From Alphaproteobacteria bacterium (GTDB lineage Bacteria > Pseudomonadota > Alphaproteobacteria > UBA828), in NCBI GenBank assembly GCA_965237415.1, contig CBDEFM010000002.1, forward strand, positions 3,168,001 to 3,232,000: DNA of 64,000 nucleotides. Reading direction: 5' to 3'. The number at the start of each line of letters is the position of its first letter. The stretch's first letter is position 1. The translations under genes and the position numbers were made by a program. This document shows, in pieces, positions 48,011 to 57,339 of the stretch. Below the pieces are notes generated by a model. It did not search any database and was not told the origin of the DNA. It saw only the letters and a list, made by a program, of their open reading frames with translations.

Positions 48011-48444
48011 CCACCGCGCGCCGGCCCGCGATCGTCGTGCACGATCTCGACCAGGCCATCGGCGCGCTCAGGGCGGCGGCGGCGGCCGGGGTCGCGGTGA
48101 CGCTCTGGTCGGCGCCGGGCGCCGCGTCCTACGCAGGGCTCGGGTTCTTGCGTGCGGTCTTCGAGAAGGCAGGCGAGGCGGTTCCGGAAGCCGAACACGA
48201 CGCGGTCGTCGATTGCGCCGGCAGCGGCGTGCTCGCCCACGAGGCGCTGAGCCGCAACTTCGCCGGAGTCGCTTTCACCGGCCGCGGTGCCATGCAAAAG
48301 ACGCTCCAGGCCATCGCCGATGCGGAGGGGAGGCGGCTGATCACCAGCGGGCCGGGCCGGGGGGTTCTCGATCTCGCCCATTCCAGCGAGCCTGAGCGGG
48401 AGAGCGCCGCCTATCTCGCGAAACGACGCGCCGGCCGCCCATAA
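48007..48444 (+). CDS. Hypothetical protein resembling the N-terminal part of class II fructose-bisphosphate aldolase
   Basis: ATGA overlap with pgk; PAIVVHDLDQ..AA....VTL....GAASYAG pattern is colinear with the class II FBA N-terminus. Confidence 0.7.
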   Translation: MTTARRPAIVVHDLDQAIGALRAAAAAGVAVTLWSAPGAASYAGLGFLRAVFEKAGEAVPEAEHDAVVDCAGSGVLAHEALSRNFAGVAFTGRGAMQKTLQAIADAEGRRLITSGPGRGVLDLAHSSEPERESAAYLAKRRAGRP

Positions 48445-48483
48445 ACGCTGGCAAAGGAACTGCGCCTCGGTCAGGATGCGGCC

Positions 48484-49404
48484 ATGCGAATCACCCGGCG
48501 CGTCAGAGAGATTCTCTCCTGGTACGAGAGCGACAATCCGGGCACGAAGGCCAATCTCGCCCGCATCCTGATGCATGGCCGCCTCGGCGGCACCGGACGG
48601 ATGGTCATCCTGCCGGTCGATCAGGGCTTCGAGCACGGGCCGGCCCGCAGCTTCGCGCCAAACCCGCCCGCCTACGACCCGCACTATCACTGGCGGCTCG
48701 CCATCGACGCGGGTCTGAACGCGTTTGCGAGCCCGCTCGGCATGATCGAGGCGGGTGCCGACAGTTTCGCCGGCGCGATCCCGACCATCCTCAAGGTCAA
48801 CAACGCCAACTCCCTCGGCTCGGCCAAGGATCAGGCGGTGACGGGGTCGGTCCGCGACGCGCTCCGGCTGGGCTGTTCGGCGATCGGCTTCACCATCTAT
48901 CCCGCCTCCGATCATCAATACGAGTTGATCGAGGAGATCCGCGAGCTGGCGGCGGAGGCGAAGGCGCACGGGCTCGCGGTGGTCGTCTGGTCCTATCCGC
49001 GCGGCGGCACGCTCTCCAAGGAGGGCGAGACCGCGCTCGATGTGGTGGCCTACGCCGCGCACATGGCGGCGCTCGCCGGTGCCCACATCATCAAGGTCAA
49101 GCCGCCGACCGCCCACCTGGAGCAGGAGGCCGCCGCCAAGGCCTACCGCGCCGCCGGCGTGGACGGGGAGACGCTGGAGAAACGGATCGCCCATATAATG
49201 CAGTCGGCCTTCGCCGGCCGCAGGCTCGTGGTCTTCTCCGGTGGTGCGGCGAAGGGGTTGGAGGGACTCTTCGGCGAGGTCCGCGCCATCTACGCGGGCG
49301 GCGGCAGCGGCTCGATCATCGGCCGCAACAGCTTCCAGCGCCCGCACGCCGACGCGCTCGCCATGCTGGATACGGTCATCGGCATCTACCGCGGCAAGGG
49401 GTAG
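48484..49404 (+). CDS. fbaB: Class I fructose-bisphosphate aldolase (DhnA type)
   Basis: ILPVDQGFEHGP, WSYPRG, IIKVK (Schiff-base Lys) and GSIIGRN motifs. Confidence 0.95.
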   Translation: MRITRRVREILSWYESDNPGTKANLARILMHGRLGGTGRMVILPVDQGFEHGPARSFAPNPPAYDPHYHWRLAIDAGLNAFASPLGMIEAGADSFAGAIPTILKVNNANSLGSAKDQAVTGSVRDALRLGCSAIGFTIYPASDHQYELIEEIRELAAEAKAHGLAVVVWSYPRGGTLSKEGETALDVVAYAAHMAALAGAHIIKVKPPTAHLEQEAAAKAYRAAGVDGETLEKRIAHIMQSAFAGRRLVVFSGGAAKGLEGLFGEVRAIYAGGGSGSIIGRNSFQRPHADALAMLDTVIGIYRGKG

Positions 49405-49488
49405 GGGAAGCGCGCCCCAGAGCTTTCCGGCCCGCGGGCTGTCCGGCTCGACGACGCAGGGCCGGTCATTTCCCCGCCGATCCAGCGC

Positions 49489-50739
49489 TCACGCGAGCGA
49501 AGGCGAGTTCGCAGGAAAAGTTTCTGTCAAGCATTCGCGGATCAGCCTGTCGTAATGCTCCGCACAGGCCTCGGCCGAGAAATGCTGGGCCCTTGCCCTC
49601 AGAACCGCGCTATTCGGAGGATTATCGAGCAAGTGCTCCATGGCTGCTGCCAGCGCCGCGTCGTCGCCGACGGGAACAAGCGGGCCGATTTGACCGTTGC
49701 ACAGAATTTCCGCCGGCCCGGAGGGGCAGTCGGTACTCACCACTGGGCAACCGCAGGCCAGCGCCTCGATGAGAACCAAAGAAAGGCCTTCATACTTCGA
49801 CGATACGACAAGAACCGACGCGCGATTCATGTAGGCGAAGGGATTGGGTGCCCAGCCGGGTAGCGAGATCCTTTCTGCCATGCCCATTCTTCTGACGAAG
49901 CGTTCCAGCCGGTTCCGCTGAGGCCCTTCCCCCAGGATGACCAGGCGCGCAGGCCGGCTGCTGGAGACCCGATGGAAGGCGCGCAACAGGGTCATGAAAT
50001 CCTTGGCCGGAACCAGTCTTCCGACGGAGAGGAACACGGGGGGGCCCGGCTCCGACAGCCAAGAGTGGTCAGGTATTTCGCCGGTCAGCGCACCGATTTC
50101 CGGGCGGGCCACGGGATTGTAGATCGTCACGATTTTCGTGCGAGGAACGCCCAGTTTTCGCACCAGGCTGTCGGCGACGCCTTCCGATATGGCGACGATG
50201 CGATCCGCGGCGGGAAACAAGAACCGATACAGGATCCGAAGCGGAAAGGACCGGTTCATGACGACGTTGCGCATGACAGGGATCAAGATGGGGCGCGGCG
50301 ATACGAAGAAGCACGCAAGAATGGCTGATACCTTGGCTTCTCCGAGCGTGGGAAACAGGACATCCGGCCGTTCACGCCGGATATAGGCGGCGATGAACCG
50401 CACATTGCCGATGAGATCGATCAGTCGGAGGCAACGCAGAAGTATCCGACGAATTCCGAAGGCGGGCGCTCGGAGGATCCACTCGCGGAAGGTGTGAGCA
50501 CGGGCCGACCTCCGCACGAGCCGGCGGGCTTCCCGCGGAGTCTCGTTCGGATAGGCGTTCGAGTCTTCGAACAGGATAAGGTCCACCGCGTAACCGCGCG
50601 CGAGCAGGCCCCTGGCAATGCCGAGTGTGGAACGCTCAGCGCCACCGCCGCGCAGGTCCGGAATCGCGAGAGCGATTCGCTTGCCTCTGGCGGATTCGAA
50701 TTTCTCTACTGTCTTTTCCCTCTGCGCAGTGTCGGTCAT
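49489..50739 (-). CDS. Glycosyltransferase family 4 (GT-B)
   Basis: GGAERS, IYNPV, VGRLVPAKD, EGLSLVLIEALACGCPVVSTDCPSGPAE. Confidence 0.92.
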   Translation of the reverse strand: MTDTAQREKTVEKFESARGKRIALAIPDLRGGGAERSTLGIARGLLARGYAVDLILFEDSNAYPNETPREARRLVRRSARAHTFREWILRAPAFGIRRILLRCLRLIDLIGNVRFIAAYIRRERPDVLFPTLGEAKVSAILACFFVSPRPILIPVMRNVVMNRSFPLRILYRFLFPAADRIVAISEGVADSLVRKLGVPRTKIVTIYNPVARPEIGALTGEIPDHSWLSEPGPPVFLSVGRLVPAKDFMTLLRAFHRVSSSRPARLVILGEGPQRNRLERFVRRMGMAERISLPGWAPNPFAYMNRASVLVVSSKYEGLSLVLIEALACGCPVVSTDCPSGPAEILCNGQIGPLVPVGDDAALAAAMEHLLDNPPNSAVLRARAQHFSAEACAEHYDRLIRECLTETFPANSPSLA

Positions 50740-52505
50740 ACCGGTTGCCCATCGGCATCCGTCGGCTGCCGTGCCGTCGTCCGTTCCTCGGCGTATTCCA
50801 ATGTCGCGATGCCATCGTTCAGGTCGTAAACGACCGTCGCGGCGCTCTGCATGGCCGGTTGGTGTGAGATCGAGAGCACGGTGAGCCTGCCGGTCAGGCG
50901 CTTGACCGTGTCCACGATGCCGGCTTCCGTCTCCGGGTCGAGCGCGGTGGTGGCTTCGTCCAGGATCAGCAGTGCCGGATTGCGGACCAGCGCCCGCGCG
51001 ATGGCAATGCGTTGTCGCTGGCCGCCGGAAAGCCGCGCGCCGCGCTCGCCCACCACCGTGTCCACGCCGTCCGGCAACGCGGCGACGAAGTACCACGCCT
51101 CGGCGCGGCGCAGCGCCGTCTCCACGTCGGCGCGGGAAATGCCGGGTTCGCCGAGTGTGACATTGGCCATCACGGTGTCGTGGAAGAGGAAGGTTTCCTG
51201 CGGCACGTAACCGATCATGCGGCGCCATGCCGTGGCGTCGACATCGCCGAGCGGCAGGTCGTCGATCCACACTTCGCCGCGCTGGGGCCGCAGCAGCCCG
51301 ATGATCAGATCTGCCACGGTCGTCTTGCCGGCGCCCGAGGAGCCGACGACGGCGATGAAGGCTCCGGCGGGCAGGGTCATCGAGACGTTCTCCAAGATGT
51401 TCTCGCGACCGTAGGAAAAGCTCACATTCCGGAGCGAGATGGCGGAGGCGAGCCGGGGCGCCCTGCTCCCCAGGTCCGGCTCCTCCTCCCCCTCGGCGGC
51501 GGCGATCGTGGACTGCAGGAAGGCGAACGCCGGCTGGTTGGTTGCGGCGATCTGATACCGGTCGTGCACATTTTTCACTTTCTGCAGGGTTCGTATGAAG
51601 AGCACCGCGAGGACCAGCAATCCGTCCACCGGTTGGCCCCAGACCGCCACGAAGACGTAGAGGCCTCCCGCCACCGCCAAGGCACGGATGAGTTCGTACG
51701 ATTCGGCCAGAGCCTCCCGGCTGATGACGATGGTCCGCTGTGCGTTGTTGAGGCCCCGGACGTCTCCTTCGAACAGGGGCCGCATGCTTTCCTCGCGGCC
51801 CATGGCCTTCAGCGGCTTCATGCCGTCCAACCCTTGCAGGAGCAGCGTCATGAAGGATTTCTGGAGGTCCGTCTGATTCTGCCCCGCGCGCCGGCTCATG
51901 GTGACCAGCCGGTTCAGGGCGATCATGCCGAAGGCGCCGACGGCGAGGGCGAGCAGCGAGACCTCCCAGGATATCGCCATGCAAACCGCCAGGTAGATAA
52001 GGATTTGAAGCGCGCCCGACAGAATGTGGCAGGCAGCCACATAGGCGTCGGCTGTGCGTGTCGGCTCCACGCTGACCGCGCTTGCCAGATCGCCGGTGCG
52101 CCGGTCCACGAAGTGCAGCCAGCGCGCCCGCAGAATCGCGCGGATGAACGCGAGCCGCAGGTCCATCGCGACATGGGCTGCGGAGTACCCGACTTGCGCC
52201 ATGGCCAGCAGCATCAGAAGCGCTTTGAGCGCCATGGCAACGACGATCAGAACCAACAACCCACCGAGGGACACGTTCTGGCCGGCTAAGGCGAAGACCT
52301 GCTCGACGTAATGCGTCAGCGCGCCGCCGGCGCCCTCGGCATCGATCACCAGGCCGATCATCGGCAGCAGCGCCGCGATCCCGACGCCCTCCGCCAGAGC
52401 GGCGGCCGTGATCGCCAGCAGCATGAGCGTGCTGCGTACGGGATAGGCTGCGAAAAAGTGCCGGAATAGCCGGGCGGTGTCTCTCGCGGTATTCCCGACA
52501 ATCAT
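50736..52505 (-). CDS. ABC exporter, fused TM and ATPase domains (MsbA/PglK-like flippase)
   Basis: N-terminal TM domain; GSSGAGKT, LSGGQRQR, ILDEATTALD. Confidence 0.92.
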   Translation of the reverse strand: MIVGNTARDTARLFRHFFAAYPVRSTLMLLAITAAALAEGVGIAALLPMIGLVIDAEGAGGALTHYVEQVFALAGQNVSLGGLLVLIVVAMALKALLMLLAMAQVGYSAAHVAMDLRLAFIRAILRARWLHFVDRRTGDLASAVSVEPTRTADAYVAACHILSGALQILIYLAVCMAISWEVSLLALAVGAFGMIALNRLVTMSRRAGQNQTDLQKSFMTLLLQGLDGMKPLKAMGREESMRPLFEGDVRGLNNAQRTIVISREALAESYELIRALAVAGGLYVFVAVWGQPVDGLLVLAVLFIRTLQKVKNVHDRYQIAATNQPAFAFLQSTIAAAEGEEEPDLGSRAPRLASAISLRNVSFSYGRENILENVSMTLPAGAFIAVVGSSGAGKTTVADLIIGLLRPQRGEVWIDDLPLGDVDATAWRRMIGYVPQETFLFHDTVMANVTLGEPGISRADVETALRRAEAWYFVAALPDGVDTVVGERGARLSGGQRQRIAIARALVRNPALLILDEATTALDPETEAGIVDTVKRLTGRLTVLSISHQPAMQSAATVVYDLNDGIATLEYAEERTTARQPTDADGQPV

Positions 52506-52659
52506 GATCGCGCCTAACCCCTTACATCACGCGCGGTTGGCAAAGGTTATGAGTCGACCGCCCCACGTAGGTGGGTAGCCACAAGTGACGGTCTCCATGT
52601 GCCGTCCTCGACCCGTGAGGAAGAGTGGCGCACAAACTACGAACAACAATTTACACGTC

Positions 52660-53565
52660 CTAATCCGGCGATTTGTCAAGAATGCGTTTCATCCTTTCGC
52701 CTAAGGAGAAATCGGCCGATACCGGTGAAAAATTCCCTCCGCCACCCTCGGGATTAAACGTGATTTCTCCCGCCTTTATCACATCATTCGGCAGCAAGTA
52801 TAGGTCCACGCGGCATATCGGAAAATCATGCGAGAGCGCCGGCGCAACTTCAAGTGCAGCATCGAGTGTTGTCGGCCTATCGATCGCAACAGGATTCCGT
52901 GGAAACTTAAATCCAACATCCAACAGCTCCCAATCCGTGGAATAAAGCTGCCGTGTGTGTTTGTCGAAGCGGTCGATATCCACTTGAATCATCAATGGTT
53001 GTCCACGGCACAAGAAGAATTTGTAGTCCATGGGAATATCATTTCCAGAATCCAACAAGAGTTGTTCGCATATAAGCCTCTTTCGAACACCCTTGTAGGT
53101 CTTCTCTCTGCTTTTCCTGTAATAGTCGGTACTAAGCCATTTCTTCACATTTGATAGCTCGTCAACGCGCAATTTTCTGGATTCGTAGAAGGGGAGCACC
53201 CAGCCGCTCAAGTGGGTTGGCTTAAGTATGGTGTTCTCTTCAAAGATGACATTCCGGATCTCTTCCACACTATTGTAGAGACCGACGGTAGGAACGACAA
53301 GATCGTCAAATCCCTTTTCCCTTAGCCAATCCTTGAAGAAGTACTTGTCTGTCAGCCGCCGTGCAAGCTCGATATCGCCTCGAAAGCGCCACTTGTTTGA
53401 CAGGATGTGCTCATTGAAGGAGCGGGGAGAGGAAACGTGTGGTACGTAGCCCAGCCTGGCCCACCCGTGAATATAGTTGAGGAGATCGTCGGTGAGATCC
53501 CCGGTGGGAAGCGTCTGTTTCGCGACGGAAATCGCTTTCGCAAGAAGTCTCCGAAGACGTCTCAT
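52660..53565 (-). CDS. TupA-like ATP-grasp protein (amide ligase of surface polymer biosynthesis)
   Basis: PRSFNE, DKY, ILKPTHLSG, DYKF, RVDLY and GEITFNP motifs; visibly AT-rich DNA. Confidence 0.88.
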   Translation of the reverse strand: MRRLRRLLAKAISVAKQTLPTGDLTDDLLNYIHGWARLGYVPHVSSPRSFNEHILSNKWRFRGDIELARRLTDKYFFKDWLREKGFDDLVVPTVGLYNSVEEIRNVIFEENTILKPTHLSGWVLPFYESRKLRVDELSNVKKWLSTDYYRKSREKTYKGVRKRLICEQLLLDSGNDIPMDYKFFLCRGQPLMIQVDIDRFDKHTRQLYSTDWELLDVGFKFPRNPVAIDRPTTLDAALEVAPALSHDFPICRVDLYLLPNDVIKAGEITFNPEGGGGNFSPVSADFSLGERMKRILDKSPD

Positions 53566-53613
53566 CCCTTGTTTCGCTATGGGCCATCCAGGCCTGGCGT
53601 GCGGCCGCGCCGC

Positions 53614-54114
53614 TCAAGCGGCGGCGATGACCGCCCGTTTGGGCAGCCGCGCCGGAACCCGCCCGCCCAGCACATCCAGCAGCACCTCGATCCGTTCACG
53701 CGGCGCGAGCCGCAGGACAACCGCCGCGCATTCTACGAAGGGGCCGGTGGCGATGGTGACGGCATCGCCCGGCTGCAAATCGGGGGGCGCAGGTGTGCTC
53801 ACGCCGTCGGTCCCGGTCGCCTCCCGCAGCGCGGTGACGAAGTCTTTGGGGACGGCCTGCGGGCGCGGGCCGTCGGCGAGAAGCCGCCTCACCCCGAAGG
53901 TACCGTTGATCGCGCGCCACGGCTCGCGCCCAACATCGAGTTCGACGAACAGATATTGGGGAAAAAGCGGCGCCCGCCCGGTCTCGATGCGTTTCGCCCG
54001 CCGGCGGGAGCGCTCCATCACCGGCAGCCAGACCCGATACCCCTGGCGCGCCAGGTTGATCTCGGCTCGCTGCTCCTGATGGGGCCGCGTATGGACCACG
54101 TACCATCGGTTCAT
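53614..54114 (-). CDS. rfaH: NusG-paralog transcription antiterminator (RfaH-like)
   Basis: RWYVVHT, PLFPQYLFV, INGTFGV and KOW GDAVTIATGPF motifs; heads the glycan locus. Confidence 0.85.
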   Translation of the reverse strand: MNRWYVVHTRPHQEQRAEINLARQGYRVWLPVMERSRRRAKRIETGRAPLFPQYLFVELDVGREPWRAINGTFGVRRLLADGPRPQAVPKDFVTALREATGTDGVSTPAPPDLQPGDAVTIATGPFVECAAVVLRLAPRERIEVLLDVLGGRVPARLPKRAVIAAA

Positions 54115-54360
54115 CGGCACTCCTCGTTCGGCTCGACTAGCGGCGCGGGCGTGAGGGCCACAGGCTCGCGCACGATGCACAACAAGGGCGGCGCCAGCAC
54201 CTGCCGGTCCGGCACCGCCCCGCCCACCATATCCGCGATGGCCGTCCGATGAAACAAAAGGAGGACGTGAGCGGTCTTCCACCGAGACGAGGAGGATAGC
54301 CGCCCGGCGTCCGCTCCACTAACATCCCTGCCGCGAGTTGGTGAACCTGCCGGAGAGACG

Positions 54361-55293
54361 ATGAGCACGATCAAGGAGACCGAGTGGATCTGGCGCAACG
54401 GGCAATTCGTACGCTGGCAGGACGCCACGGTCCATATCCTGGCCACCGCCGTTCAATTCGGCTCCTCGGTCTTCGAGGGTATCCGCTGCTACGACACCGA
54501 GCGCGGCCCCGCCATCTTCCGCTTGGCCGAGCACTTGAAGCGGCTCCGCAATTCCGCGCGGATCTACCGTATGGAGACCGTCTACAGCGACGAGGAGCTG
54601 ACGGAGGCCTGCTTCGCCCTGATACGGCGCAACGGGTTCCGCCACTGCTACATCAGGCCGGTGATCATGCGCGGCTACGGCGCGATCGGGATGGACGGCG
54701 TCGGCAGCCCGATCGAGACCTACATTCCGGCTTGGGAGTGGGGTGCCTATCTCGGCGCGGACGCGCTGGAAAAGGGCGTCGACGTCTGTGTCTCCTCATG
54801 GAGCCGCGCCGCCCCCAACACCTTCCCCGGCATGGCCAAGGCGACCGGGCACTACAACAACGCGCAGCTCATCAAGCTGGAGGCGATGGCCAACGGCTTC
54901 GTCGAGGCGATCGCGCTCACCCACGACGGGCTGATCAGCGAGGGCAGCGGCCAGAACCTCTTCGCGGTGATGGACGGCGCCGTGCTGACGCCGCCGATCG
55001 ACGGCAGCAACCTCTCCGGCGTCACGCGCAACGCGGTGCTGACGATCGCGGCCGACCTCGACGTGCCCGTCCGCGAGTGCACGATGCCCCGCGAGTTGCT
55101 CTATTGCGCCGACGAGCTGTTCTTCTCGGGCACCGCGGCGGAGATCACGCCAATCCGCTCCGTCGACCATATCGCCATCGGCCCTGGAGGGATCGGCCCG
55201 GTCACACGGCGGATACAGCGGCGCTTCGCCGACATCGTGAACGGCCGCTCCAACGACGATCACGGTTGGCTGACTCTGGTCCCGCCCTCCTGA
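54361..55293 (+). CDS. ilvE: Branched-chain amino acid aminotransferase (PLP fold IV)
   Basis: VFEGIRCY, YIRP, AKATGHY (PLP Lys), SEGSG, GVTR and GTAAE motifs. Confidence 0.88.
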   Translation: MSTIKETEWIWRNGQFVRWQDATVHILATAVQFGSSVFEGIRCYDTERGPAIFRLAEHLKRLRNSARIYRMETVYSDEELTEACFALIRRNGFRHCYIRPVIMRGYGAIGMDGVGSPIETYIPAWEWGAYLGADALEKGVDVCVSSWSRAAPNTFPGMAKATGHYNNAQLIKLEAMANGFVEAIALTHDGLISEGSGQNLFAVMDGAVLTPPIDGSNLSGVTRNAVLTIAADLDVPVRECTMPRELLYCADELFFSGTAAEITPIRSVDHIAIGPGGIGPVTRRIQRRFADIVNGRSNDDHGWLTLVPPS

Positions 55294-55340
55294 GCGGGAT
55301 CGCGGCACCCAGCGCGCCCGGAACATCGGGGAGGATCTGC

Positions 55341-56141
55341 ATGACCCAGAGCCACGATTCGGCGGCCGCGCTCGCCGAGCGGCTCTTCGCCGAACACGCC
55401 GAGGGCCGGCCGTTCCGCCGCCTGCAGGTCAGCGACCGGCCCGCGTCGCTTGACGAGGGATACCGCGTCCAGCACCTGCTCAACCGGCGCTTCGCAGAGG
55501 CCGGACGGGGTGTTCCTGCGGGCTACAAGGTGGGCCTCACCTCCGAGGCCATCCAGACGATGTACGGGAGCGACCAGCCGATCAGCGGCGTGGTCTTCGA
55601 GACCGCGGTGCACCGCTCGCCCGCCAGGATCGCGCTCGCCGATTACACCCATCTCGGGATCGAGTTCGAGCTTGCCGTGGAGGTTGGCGAAGCCTTCCGG
55701 CCCGAGGATGCACCCTTCGCCCTCGACGATGCGGCAGCCCGAGTTGCGGCCTGCATGCCGGCCTTCGAGCTGATCGAGGACCGCCATGCCGACCACGACG
55801 ACGTCGACGCTCTCTCCATCCTCGCGGACAACGCATGGTGCGCCGGAGTCGTTCTGGGGTCGAGCCGCACCGATTGGCGCACGCTCGATCTCGCCACGAC
55901 GCCGGTTTCCCTGCGGTTCAACGACACCCCGCCGGCTGCGGCCGCGACCGGCGCCGCCATGGGGAATCCGCTGAACTCGCTGGTCTGGCTCGCCAACCGG
56001 CTCGCTTCGAGGGGGACGACGCTCGAGGCCGGCATGGTCGTGATGACAGGGAGCACGCTCGCGACGCAGTTTCCCGAGGCGGGCGATCGCTTCGTCTACG
56101 AGATCGAGGGGCTGGGCACGGTGGAGGCCACGATCGTCTGA
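55341..56141 (+). CDS. 2-keto-4-pentenoate hydratase / FAH-superfamily protein
   Basis: GYKVGLTS, EFE, FELIEDR, ADNA, GNPL and VMTGS motifs. Confidence 0.88.
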   Translation: MTQSHDSAAALAERLFAEHAEGRPFRRLQVSDRPASLDEGYRVQHLLNRRFAEAGRGVPAGYKVGLTSEAIQTMYGSDQPISGVVFETAVHRSPARIALADYTHLGIEFELAVEVGEAFRPEDAPFALDDAAARVAACMPAFELIEDRHADHDDVDALSILADNAWCAGVVLGSSRTDWRTLDLATTPVSLRFNDTPPAAAATGAAMGNPLNSLVWLANRLASRGTTLEAGMVVMTGSTLATQFPEAGDRFVYEIEGLGTVEATIV

Positions 56142-56187
56142 GCCGCCACGCAGGCAGCGTGCGCAATGGAAACCGCAGCCGCTCCGC

Positions 56188-57339
56188 CTACGACGAGCTG
56201 CCGCCGGGGCGGCGCGTGATGACGACGTCGCGGTGGACGCCCACGCAGAGCAGCAGCCCGAGACCCAGCATCAGGCTCAACATGGCGCTCCCGCCATAGG
56301 AGATCAGCGGGAGTGGCAGGCCGACGATGGGGATGAGCCCGATCACCATCGCGATATTGAAGAAGACGTGGAAGAAGAACGTGATCGTGATCCCCATGCC
56401 GAGCATGCGGCCAAAATGGTTGTTGCTCCGGGTGGAGATCACCACGCCGTAGGTGGCGATCCCCAAGTACAGCAGGAGCACGCCGGCCACGCCGAAGAAT
56501 CCCAGCTCCTCCGCCATCATCGTGAAGATGAAATCGGTCTGCTTCTCCGGCAGGAAGTTGAGGTGGCTTTGGGTCCCCTGCAGATATCCCTTGCCGAACA
56601 TGCCGCCGGAACCCAGCGCGATCTTCGACTGCAGGATGTGGTACCCCGCGCCCAGCGGATCCGCTTCGGGATCGAAGAAGATCAGAATGCGCGTCTTCTG
56701 ATAGTCGTGCAGGAATTGCCAGGCGATCGGGCCGGAGCCGAGTACGAGCACGATGCCTACACCGATCTTCCATGCCTTGATTCCCGCCAGGAACAGCATG
56801 ATCCCGCCGCCAAGCGCCAGCAGCAGCGCAGTCCCCAGGTCGGGCTGGCGCAGGATCAGCGCGGCGGGTGCGAGGATCATGAGCAGCGGCGGGAGGTAGG
56901 TCCGGATGCGCCCGAGTGCGTCGAGGGCGACGCCGTGGAAATAGCGCGCGAGTGCCAGCACCAGCGCGATCTTCATGAGTTCCGATGGCTGTAGCTGGAT
57001 CACGCCGAGGTCGATCCAGCGCTGCGCGCCCATGACCGCCGCGCCGAGATGATCGACGCCGACCAGCAGGGCGAAGGCGAGGCCGTAAATCGTGTAGGCC
57101 GCGCGCAGCCAGAAGCCGATGTCGATCATCGCCACTGCGAGCATCACCAGGAGACCCGCGCCGAACCACACCATCTGGCGCGATGCCCACGGTTCGGTGG
57201 AACCGCCCGAGGCGGAAATCAGCATCCCGATGCCGACCGCACCGATGGTGCAGACGAGGACGACCAGGAACCATTCGAGCCTGAGGAGCCGCTCGGCAAT
57301 CCGAAAGCCCTGATGGCTGCCAACGTCCAGTTGTGCCAT
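56188..57339 (-). CDS. rodA: Rod shape-determining protein RodA (SEDS family)
   Basis: GAQRWI, QPSELMK, QPDLGT, LPEKQTDFIF and PLPLISYGGS motifs. Confidence 0.97.
   Translation of the reverse strand: MAQLDVGSHQGFRIAERLLRLEWFLVVLVCTIGAVGIGMLISASGGSTEPWASRQMVWFGAGLLVMLAVAMIDIGFWLRAAYTIYGLAFALLVGVDHLGAAVMGAQRWIDLGVIQLQPSELMKIALVLALARYFHGVALDALGRIRTYLPPLLMILAPAALILRQPDLGTALLLALGGGIMLFLAGIKAWKIGVGIVLVLGSGPIAWQFLHDYQKTRILIFFDPEADPLGAGYHILQSKIALGSGGMFGKGYLQGTQSHLNFLPEKQTDFIFTMMAEELGFFGVAGVLLLYLGIATYGVVISTRSNNHFGRMLGMGITITFFFHVFFNIAMVIGLIPIVGLPLPLISYGGSAMLSLMLGLGLLLCVGVHRDVVITRRPGGSSS

Noticed and set aside
54115-54360. ops/JUMPstart element for the RfaH-like gene
   Set aside because: Only partial GGCGG matches are present, which is expected in GC-rich DNA.
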